Source: Candidatus Omnitrophota bacterium (lineage in GTDB: Bacteria; Omnitrophota; Gorgyraeia; Gygaellales; Profunditerraquicolaceae). From it: 64,000 bases of DNA. Below are positions 52,694-60,097 of the stretch, piece after piece (position 1 is the stretch's first letter; every line of letters starts with the position of its first letter). Location: assembly GCA_049517335.1 (NCBI GenBank), contig JBEKSD010000001.1, positions 64,001 to 128,000 on the forward strand, given 5' to 3'. A program made the translations under genes and the position numbers. The notes under the pieces were generated by a model, which saw only the letters and a list, made by a program, of their open reading frames with translations, did not search any database and was not told the origin of the DNA.

Positions 52694-53257
52694 ATGAGCT
52701 ATAAAAACGAGACTTTAAGAAAATACCTTGATGATTTAGCGGCTAAACTTCCTGCTCCCGGAGGTGGTTCAGCGTTGGCAATGAACGCGGCTTTAGGCGC
52801 GAGCTTAATCACTATGGTTATAAATTTCACCCTCGGCAAGCCAAAATACGCTAAATATGAAACGGAGCTGAAAAAAGATTTGATAAAATCCGAGAAATTA
52901 AGGGATGAATTTCTGCACTTGGTAGATTTGGATATCGCAGCTTATAATAGTAAGGATGCGCGTAAAGCGCTGAATGTCCCTTTTATGGTTAGCCGCCTTT
53001 GTTTTGAGGGCATAAAACTTTGCCCTGAGCTGGTAAAGAAGGGTAACGTTAATTTAATCAGCGATGTGGTGGTAGCGGCCATACTTTTAGAAAGCGCTTT
53101 TGTGAGCGCGTATTTTAACGTTGAAATAAACTTAAAAATTTTAGAGGATAAGGAATTAAGCAGGACAATAAGAAAAGAACTGGCGATAAAGAGGAAAGAA
53201 ATTACTAAAATCAGGCTAAAAACGGAGGAAAAAGTTGGCGAAATTATTAGAGGGTAA
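52694..53257 (+). CDS. fchA: Formiminotransferase-cyclodeaminase/methenyl-THF cyclohydrolase family protein
   Basis: PAPGGGS, GNVNLISD and NVEINL motifs; adjacent to folD. Confidence 0.85.
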   Translation: MSYKNETLRKYLDDLAAKLPAPGGGSALAMNAALGASLITMVINFTLGKPKYAKYETELKKDLIKSEKLRDEFLHLVDLDIAAYNSKDARKALNVPFMVSRLCFEGIKLCPELVKKGNVNLISDVVVAAILLESAFVSAYFNVEINLKILEDKELSRTIRKELAIKRKEITKIRLKTEEKVGEIIRG

Positions 53258-54077
53258 ACCCATTGCGGAAAAAATAAAGGAAGAAATACGCTCGGAAGTT
53301 GCCGCATTAAAGATACGCCCGGTTTTAGCATCCATACAAATCGGAGAGAATGCCGGAGCCGCTGCTTACGTAAAATCGCAGGCTAAAGTTGCCGAGAGTT
53401 TAGGCATTGAATACCAATTGCATAAATTGGCAGCGGAAACAGCCGAAACGCATTTAATTGATTTTATCCAGAAATTAAATCTGAATAAATCAGTGCACGG
53501 AATAATCGTGCAGATGCCCCTTCCCGCGGGAATAGATTATAAAAAAATAAGCCAGTATATTGAGCCGAAGAAGGACGTAGAAGGGATGCATCCGGCTAAT
53601 ATCGGTAAGCTTATTTTCGGCAAGGCAAAGTTAGCCCCTTGCACCGCAGCTTCGGTAATGGAATTAATAAACTCAACCGGCGTTGATTTATACGGAAAAG
53701 AAGTTGTTATCGTAGGCCACAGCGAGATAGTAGGTAAACCGCTTGCTCTTTTATTGCTTGAAAAGTTTGCCACGGTTACAGTCTGTCATATCGGCACCAG
53801 CAAAGCAGGCAAACTTGAGGAGCATGTTAAAAAAGCTGAGGTCCTAATCGTGGCAGTGGGTAAAGCCGGCCTGATTAAAGGGAATTTAGTTAAAGAAGGT
53901 GCTATCGTTATTGATGTCGGTATTAACCGCGTTGCGGATAAAATAGTCGGGGATGTGGAGTTTGAGGAGGCAGAGAAGCGTGTCTCCTATATTACGCCGG
54001 TTCCCAGAGGCGTCGGCCCGCTGACCGTGACTATGTTGATGCGCAATTTAGTTGAGACAGCCAAGTTGCAACAATAG
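53235..54077 (+). CDS. folD: Methylene-THF dehydrogenase/cyclohydrolase
   Basis: VQMPLP, KDVEG, PCTA, DVGIN and GVGPLT motifs; TTG start with GGAGG SD. Confidence 0.96.
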   Translation: MAKLLEGKPIAEKIKEEIRSEVAALKIRPVLASIQIGENAGAAAYVKSQAKVAESLGIEYQLHKLAAETAETHLIDFIQKLNLNKSVHGIIVQMPLPAGIDYKKISQYIEPKKDVEGMHPANIGKLIFGKAKLAPCTAASVMELINSTGVDLYGKEVVIVGHSEIVGKPLALLLLEKFATVTVCHIGTSKAGKLEEHVKKAEVLIVAVGKAGLIKGNLVKEGAIVIDVGINRVADKIVGDVEFEEAEKRVSYITPVPRGVGPLTVTMLMRNLVETAKLQQ

Positions 54078-54407
54078 ATGAAAACCATAGCTTTATTGAC
54101 CATATCCAATGTCTTTATGACATTTGCTTGGTACGGTCATTTGAAGTTTAAGAATTCACCCCTATGGATTGTAGTTTTAGTAAGCTGGGGAATCGCGCTT
54201 TTTGAGTATTGTTTTCAGGTGCCGGCAAACCGCATCGGCCACTACCGTTATTCCGCAGCCCAGCTTAAGACCATTCAGGAAGTTATTACGCTGGTAGTTT
54301 TCAGCGTCTTTTCAATATTATACCTCAAGGAAGAATTCCGCTGGAACTACGCGGTTGGTTTCTTATGTATCTTAGCGGCAGTATTTTTTATCTTTAAAAA
54401 GTGGTAA
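54078..54407 (+). CDS. DMT-family (DUF486-type) membrane protein
   Basis: SNVFMTFAWYGHLK, EYCFQVPANRIG and QLKTIQEVITL motifs. Confidence 0.88.
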   Translation: MKTIALLTISNVFMTFAWYGHLKFKNSPLWIVVLVSWGIALFEYCFQVPANRIGHYRYSAAQLKTIQEVITLVVFSVFSILYLKEEFRWNYAVGFLCILAAVFFIFKKW

Positions 54408-54415
54408 ATTTTTGC

Positions 54416-54650
54416 GGGTCCTGTCGAGTCGCATTTTCGCAGGATTCGTTTAGATTTTTCCTCCGCTTTGCGGGGTCGGCAAAGACTTTTCGTATTTTTG
54501 GCGGCTGCGGAACTCGCGCCTCGAGCTCTGGCTCTCGGCGCCCAAACATCCTCACCGTTCCGGTGTTGTCGCTTCGCTCCACCGGGATTCCCAAAAATAC
54601 TCAAGTTCTTTGCCTAAGAATCTAAATTCGCTCGAAATCACGACAGATTC
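54416..54650 (+). repeat. Large nested fold-back element A (REP/MITE-like or structured RNA)
   Basis: Nested complementary arms CTGTCG/CGACAG, TTTAGATT/AATCTAAA, GGCAAAGA/TCTTTGCC and GTATTTTTGG/CCAAAAATAC, plus internal hairpins. Confidence 0.8.
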
Positions 54651-54705
54651 ATTAAGGATATTTGTTCTGAATTAGGTATCGTGTCTCTGGAATTATGTTG
54701 GAAAC

Positions 54706-54722
54706 CTATAAACTACACGGCA
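54706..54722 (+). repeat. 17-bp direct repeat, left copy
   Basis: CTATAAACTACACGGCA; 16/17 identical to the copy at 55221. Confidence 0.85.
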
Positions 54723-54733
54723 GATAGACTATT

Positions 54734-55220
54734 ATGGCTTTAAAAATAACATTAGATACAAATTGTCTTTTTGATTATTTTGAACGTAATCCTCAATATA
54801 TTGAAAAGTTAATAGAGTTTCAGAACGAGGGTAAAATAGAACTTGCAATTACAACAAGAGTTCAAGCTGACACTTTCGGTAAAAGAGAAGATAGCCCTAT
54901 TTGGCAGAAAAATAAAATCCTTTCCCTGTATTACAATTGGGAGTATTGGAAGGCACGATGTTTCTTATTATGATAGTGGTGATGTTTATGCAGGCGACGA
55001 TGATAATTTGCAGGATTTAATTCAATCTTGCATAGGGAATGACGTAAAAAGAATCATCGATGTCGACCATCTGATTGCTCACATTATTAATAAGAGAGAT
55101 ATTTTTGTAACGAGCGATACTGACGATTTTATAAAACACAGAGATTGTTTGGAGCAAAAGTGTAGTATCAAGATTATGACTCCAGAAGAATGTATCAATT
55201 TTCTGAAAAGTCAAACATAG
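54734..55220 (+). pseudogene. PIN-domain-like protein, split by a one-base frameshift
   Basis: N-terminal ITLDTN and C-terminal DVDHL...FVTSD...IMTPEE motifs. Removing one A from the A5 run at 54908-54912 joins the two ORFs into ~161 aa. Confidence 0.7.
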
Positions 55221-55237
55221 CTATAAACTATACGGCA
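55221..55237 (+). repeat. 17-bp direct repeat, right copy
   Basis: CTATAAACTATACGGCA, immediately after the TAG stop. Confidence 0.85.
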
Positions 55238-55270
55238 CGTAGCCCAAAGGTTAGTGGTTATTTTATAAAA

Positions 55271-55446
55271 TTTTAGGAGTTTTGGCTTGAGCGTGCGTTA
55301 AAATTTTTGGCACAGCTATTAAAACACAGTCTGCAAGGATTTACGACGAGCTAAGGCGTGAGAATGCGATAGTCTAATCGAAAGCGAGGAGTAAACCGCG
55401 GCAGACGGCAAAAATTTTTAGCACGCGGAAGACAAAACGCCTAAAA
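55271..55446 (-). repeat. Large fold-back element B
   Basis: Nested arms TTTTAGG/CCTAAAA, GTTTTG/CAAAAC, GCGTGC/GCACGC, AAAATTTTTG/CAAAAATTTT, GTCTGC/GCAGAC and TTTAC/GTAAA. Confidence 0.8.
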
Positions 55447-55462
55447 GGAAAATAAGACAAAG

Positions 55463-55708
55463 ATGAAGAAGATTAAAACTGGTTTTATGCTTATAGAGTT
55501 CTTGTTGGTTCTGGTGATAATTATGTTTGTTGTATTCAAGGTATGGGATATTTATTTTAAGAAGCCGGCCTTGAACAAAGAGACCCAAAAAGTTATGACT
55601 GAGCAAGGCGTAGACACTACAAATTATAAAACAATTAGTGATAGCATCAAAAATAAGGTAGAGGATATTCAAAGTCAGCATATTAATGAGCTGATGAAAA
55701 TACAATAG
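55463..55708 (+). CDS. Small protein with prepilin-like N-terminus
   Basis: Basic leader, G|FMLIE, then a hydrophobic helix. Confidence 0.7.
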   Translation: MKKIKTGFMLIEFLLVLVIIMFVVFKVWDIYFKKPALNKETQKVMTEQGVDTTNYKTISDSIKNKVEDIQSQHINELMKIQ

Positions 55709-55721
55709 AGCGGAAATACCC

Positions 55722-55749
55722 TTGCAGCTTTAGATATTTATGGTAAAAT
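55722..55749 (+). promoter_or_regulatory. Sigma70-type promoter, probably leaderless metF transcript
   Basis: TTGCAG-16 nt-TAAAAT with TG extension, 6 nt before the ATG at 55756. Confidence 0.55.
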
Positions 55750-55755
55750 TTTGCA

Positions 55756-56625
55756 ATGACCTTTAAAGAAAAATTATTAGCAGGAAAATTCGTAGTTACC
55801 TCGGAAATCGGCCCGCCAAAGGGTATTGAAACCCATAAATTATTGGAAGACGCCGAGCTTGTGCGCGGTAGGGTTGACGGAATCAATGTCACGGACCTAC
55901 AGAGTTCAGTGATGCGGCTTGGATCGCTTGTTGTCTGCAGCCTCTTAAAACAAAAAGGCTTTGAGCCGATATTCCAGATTACCTGCCGCGACAGGAACCG
56001 CTTGGCGCTGCAATCTGATATTTTATCCGCAGCTGCCTTAGGTATAGAAAATTTGTTGATTTTAACCGGCGACCATACCACCATGGGCGACCATCCTGAG
56101 GCAAAGCCGGTATTTGATTTGGATTCGGTGCAGCTTTTAGAGGTGGTGCGTAAACTCCAGGCAGGCACAGATATGAAAGGTAATAAACTGGAAGGCGCTG
56201 CGCCGAAATTTTGCGTGGGCGCGGTAGTCAATCCGGGCGCAGACCCTATTGAGCCGCAGATTCTTAAAATGGAGAAAAAAATAGAAGCCGGAGCGCAATT
56301 TTTTCAGACCCAGGCCATTTATGATATAAGAATATTTGAAAATTTTTTAAGCAAAGTCAAACATCTTAAAGTCCCCATTTTGGGCGGGATAGTATTATTG
56401 AAGTCCGCGGGTATGGCGCGTTTCATGAATAAAAATGTTGCCGGCGTAAGCGTGCCGGATAATTTGATTAAAGAAATGGAAGAAACAAAAGATAAAGTTG
56501 CAAAATCCGTTGATATTGCCTCAAGGCTGATTAAAGAATTAAAACCCCTCTGTCAGGGCATACATATTATGCCCATAGGCTGGGATACAAAAGTACCGTT
56601 AGTGTTAGACGCATCAGGATTGTAA
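55756..56625 (+). CDS. metF: Methylenetetrahydrofolate reductase
   Basis: EIGPPKG, TCRDRNR, LTGDH and FFQTQ motifs. Confidence 0.93.
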   Translation: MTFKEKLLAGKFVVTSEIGPPKGIETHKLLEDAELVRGRVDGINVTDLQSSVMRLGSLVVCSLLKQKGFEPIFQITCRDRNRLALQSDILSAAALGIENLLILTGDHTTMGDHPEAKPVFDLDSVQLLEVVRKLQAGTDMKGNKLEGAAPKFCVGAVVNPGADPIEPQILKMEKKIEAGAQFFQTQAIYDIRIFENFLSKVKHLKVPILGGIVLLKSAGMARFMNKNVAGVSVPDNLIKEMEETKDKVAKSVDIASRLIKELKPLCQGIHIMPIGWDTKVPLVLDASGL

Positions 56626-56627
56626 TT

Positions 56628-59171
56628 ATGTCTCCCTTACCGCAAATTCCCGGAGCAAAGAAAAAAGGCGTATTGTTATTAAGCTCTAAGGAAGACTTTA
56701 ATAAATTAGATAGTTTTCTTATTAACGATACTGTTTGTATCAGCGGTCCGGCGAAGTCTGCGTTTGATTTAGCCCGGTCCATAAATGAAAAATATAAAGT
56801 TGAAGTTAAGCTCGTAGCTGAGGGTAAATTGGAAGAAACGCTGCCTGTCGGTATTGAAGTAATGAGCAGCCCTATTCAGGAAATTGTCGGCGAAGGCAGG
56901 GCAGAGGCGGTTAAATTCAAGGACGGGAAAGCCGTCGGTGCTTGTTTAGTTTTATTTACTGAAGACATAATTCAGGATAAAGGAGAAAATATGGCTGACT
57001 TACTTATACAACTGGGGACAAAAGGCACGGACGCGGTATTGAACCTTGCCAAGGATACGTTAAAAAAACAGATTGCTGAAAAAGGAAAAGATTCTAATAT
57101 TTCTTTTCCGGAAACGAATTATTATTTTCCGCTTATCAATGCTTTGCTTAATATTGAAGTAAAGACGCTTCAGGACTGCGAAAATGCCCTTATCCAGGCG
57201 GAAGGCTTAAGCAGTAATAAGCCGGCTAAGAGCGGGTTGAATATCGCTCCTCTTGGGGGGATATTGAATAAAGGGGTGGCTACATTAATTGCCGAAGAAA
57301 TACTCGCTGCTTTATTTACTGCCAATAGCGCACATCCTAAGGGCGGGATCGGCTTTATTCCGGATAAGATTTTACGTTCTTTAGGTTTACAGTTAGTTGA
57401 CGGCAGGATTACCGGTATCGCCGTAATCTTAGGCCCGGCAAAAGATGCAGACGCTGCTGCAGATTTAATCCGCGATTTCCAGTCTAAGAGCATTGTCAGC
57501 CTACTTGCCGGGAATATTAACGGCAATACCTTTCAGAAGCAACTGGAGAGTAAAGGCATTGAAATCGGCTTGGATAATTATATTGTTCCACTGGGCGAAG
57601 ATTACCTGTCGGCGATTTACGCGGTGAACTTCGCGGTAAGGGCGCCGTTAATATACGGAGGCTTTAAGCCCGGGCAGTGGGAAGGGGTTGCTGATTATAT
57701 CCGCAACCGTGTGCCTGCGTTCGTTTTACTCTTAGGCCATGTTGATGAAATAATTGTTGCCACTGGTTTGGGTGTTTTAGCTTTCGGTTTACCGATTATT
57801 ACGGATTTGGATATTCCTCAATTGGGGAAAATTGATACGACATTATTTGAGGCGCTGGTAACTGAAAAAGATTATAAAAAACTGCCTTCAAAATGTATTT
57901 TGGCCAGAGGCATTAAAGTTAAAATGGCTGAAGTTGCAATTCCTATTCTTTATGCTGCGGCATTTGAAGGTGAGAGAGTAAGAAAAGAGCAGCTTTATGT
58001 GGAGTTCGGGGGAAAAGCCAGCAGCGCACTTGAGTTCTTAACCGCAAAAAAAGAAGAGGAAGTGGATGACGGCAAAATTGAATTGATCGGAGCGGACATT
58101 GATAAACTGCCACCTGGGAAAAAATCAATGCCTTTGGCAATTGTGGTTGATGTTTTTGGCCGCAAAATGCAAAAGGATTTTGAGCCGATTTTGGAACGCC
58201 AGATACACCGTTTTGTAAATTACGCTATGGGTATTATGCATATGGGCCAGCGCGATATGATCTGGGTGAGAATCAGCAGGGATGCCTTTAATAAAAGTTT
58301 CAGGCTAAAACATCTCGGAGTGGTATTGCACGCGATGCTGCATCAGGAATATAGCGCCATTGTGGATAAAGTGGGAGTAAAACTTTATACCAATCAGGCG
58401 GATGTGGAAAGATTATTAGCTGTCGCCAAGAAAACTTTTGATGAGCGCGATGAGCGTTTAGGCGGGATGACTGATGAAAGCGTGGATACCTATTATTCCT
58501 GCCTTCTTTGCCAGTCATTTGCCCCGAACCACGTCTGTATTATTACTCCAGAACGCTTGGGGCTTTGCGGTGCCTATTCGTGGCTTGACGGAAAAGCTTC
58601 TTATGAAATTATGCCTACCGGGCCGAACCAGCCGGTTAAAAAAGGAGCAGTGCTTGATGAGCGGCTGGGTCAGTGGGAAAACGTCAATGCTTTTGTTAAG
58701 GAAAAATCCAATAAGACTATTGATAAAGTAAGCATGTATTCGATGATGGATGGGCCGCAGTCTTCCTGCGGGTGTTTTGAATGCATCTTGGCGATAATCC
58801 CTGAAGCTAACGGAGTAATGATTGTTAACCGCGATTATTCCGGGATGACCCCTAGCGGAATGACCTTTACCACTTTGGCAGGGTCAGTCGGAGGAGGTGT
58901 ACAGATACCAGGTTTCCTTGGAGTGGGGAAGTTTTATCTTTTGAGCAGGAAATTTATTTTCGCTGAAGGCGGCTTAAAGCGCTTAGTCTGGATGCCCAAA
59001 GAATTAAAAGAACTTTTAGGGGACAAATTGACCAACCGCGCCAAAGAAATAGGGGAGCCGGATTTAATTGATAAAATAGCTGATGAGACTGTTGCCACGA
59101 CATCCGATGAGCTCCTCAATCATTTACAAAAGGTTAGGCACCCTGCGCTTACGCTGGAGCCGTTGATGTAG
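56628..59171 (+). CDS. acsB: Acetyl-CoA synthase, with an in-frame 121-aa flavoprotein-like N-terminal extension (internal ATG at 56991)
   Basis: FPETNYYFP, AFEGER, and A-cluster cysteines CLLCQSFAPNHVC...GLCG...SCGCFE; AAGGAG SD before 56991. Confidence 0.92.
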   Translation: MSPLPQIPGAKKKGVLLLSSKEDFNKLDSFLINDTVCISGPAKSAFDLARSINEKYKVEVKLVAEGKLEETLPVGIEVMSSPIQEIVGEGRAEAVKFKDGKAVGACLVLFTEDIIQDKGENMADLLIQLGTKGTDAVLNLAKDTLKKQIAEKGKDSNISFPETNYYFPLINALLNIEVKTLQDCENALIQAEGLSSNKPAKSGLNIAPLGGILNKGVATLIAEEILAALFTANSAHPKGGIGFIPDKILRSLGLQLVDGRITGIAVILGPAKDADAAADLIRDFQSKSIVSLLAGNINGNTFQKQLESKGIEIGLDNYIVPLGEDYLSAIYAVNFAVRAPLIYGGFKPGQWEGVADYIRNRVPAFVLLLGHVDEIIVATGLGVLAFGLPIITDLDIPQLGKIDTTLFEALVTEKDYKKLPSKCILARGIKVKMAEVAIPILYAAAFEGERVRKEQLYVEFGGKASSALEFLTAKKEEEVDDGKIELIGADIDKLPPGKKSMPLAIVVDVFGRKMQKDFEPILERQIHRFVNYAMGIMHMGQRDMIWVRISRDAFNKSFRLKHLGVVLHAMLHQEYSAIVDKVGVKLYTNQADVERLLAVAKKTFDERDERLGGMTDESVDTYYSCLLCQSFAPNHVCIITPERLGLCGAYSWLDGKASYEIMPTGPNQPVKKGAVLDERLGQWENVNAFVKEKSNKTIDKVSMYSMMDGPQSSCGCFECILAIIPEANGVMIVNRDYSGMTPSGMTFTTLAGSVGGGVQIPGFLGVGKFYLLSRKFIFAEGGLKRLVWMPKELKELLGDKLTNRAKEIGEPDLIDKIADETVATTSDELLNHLQKVRHPALTLEPLM

Positions 59172-59196
59172 AGGAGATTAATCCTTTAAAATCTTC

Positions 59197-59224
59197 TTGA
59201 CGAAGAACAAACTATATGTATAAT
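59197..59224 (+). promoter_or_regulatory. Sigma70-type promoter
   Basis: TTGACG-16 nt-TATAAT. Confidence 0.65.
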
Positions 59225-59240
59225 AATACCAACAACTAAT

Positions 59241-60026
59241 ATGCCTAAATCCCGCCAAATAGTTAAAATTACGAAAATAATACTTGCAATTGGATTTGTA
59301 TTTTTTATTTTACGCCCTGTTCAGGCTGCCAATGTTTCATCTGCTTCCAATAATGGCGATAAAATTACTGCGCAGGCAAATGAGACACCTCCCCAGCTGC
59401 AAGATATGGCTAGGGGTTACCGTGATCAGGGGCTGACAGCCCAGAATTCCGGGGATATAAATACGGCGATGAAGTATTACCAGAAAGCGATTGAGCTTGA
59501 CTCTTATTATGCCGCGCCTTACAATGATTTAGGGGTTCTTTATGAAGCAGGCGGTTCCATTGACCGGGCAGAGCAGAGTTACCTTAAAGCCATTGAGATA
59601 AATCCGGATTATTTAAGTGCCTACACAAACTTAGCACTGTTCTATGAAAATAAACGCGATTTGAACAAAGCAGGTTATTATTGGCAAAAAAGGGCGCAAT
59701 TGGGCCAGCCTGATGATTTCTGGACCCAAAAAGCAAGCCAGCGTGCCGAAGATTTACGCGTAGTCATGTCGGCAACGCCGATTAAGGATGCCCGCGAACA
59801 GGAAGTCCTTGGGCTTATGAAGGATATTTCCGCTAATAGGTCTTTATTAAATCAGGATAACACTGCTTTAGCAAACGACCATTTCCAGAAAGCCAAGAGG
59901 TATTATAATAAGGGGGACCTGGCTTCGGCATTTAAGGAAGCGTTAGACGCCCAGTATCTCGACCAGAATAACAGCGAAATTGAAGAATTCCTGGATAAAA
60001 TTCAGGAAAGAGCATTATCAAAGTAA
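59241..60026 (+). CDS. Exported tetratricopeptide repeat protein
   Basis: Signal peptide; YQKAIELD...YNDLGVLY and YLKAIEINP...YTNLA repeats. Confidence 0.88.
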   Translation: MPKSRQIVKITKIILAIGFVFFILRPVQAANVSSASNNGDKITAQANETPPQLQDMARGYRDQGLTAQNSGDINTAMKYYQKAIELDSYYAAPYNDLGVLYEAGGSIDRAEQSYLKAIEINPDYLSAYTNLALFYENKRDLNKAGYYWQKRAQLGQPDDFWTQKASQRAEDLRVVMSATPIKDAREQEVLGLMKDISANRSLLNQDNTALANDHFQKAKRYYNKGDLASAFKEALDAQYLDQNNSEIEEFLDKIQERALSK

Positions 60027-60097
60027 GTTACCACAATCTTTTAGTTTCCTCCCCATAAATCAAGAAAATCGTACGTGAAAAATTCCGTTAGATAATA

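Noticed and set aside
54347-54625. Short ORFs on both strands over element A (and 55418-55705 on the - strand)
   Set aside because: No recognisable motifs or RBS; explained by GC-rich palindromic DNA or as antisense shadows.
54676-54703. dif-like site (TTATGTTGGAA resembles the XerD arm)
   Set aside because: There is no XerC arm ending in ATAA at the right spacing, and the match to TTATGTTAAAT is only partial.
54706-55237. CRISPR array
   Set aside because: Only two 17-bp copies ~500 bp apart, enclosing a gene; no cas genes.
55221-55260. Integron attC site after the PIN gene
   Set aside because: No RYYYAAC...GTTRRRY complementary pair with L boxes. The tyrosine recombinase in the window is XerC-like and lacks the IntI insertion.
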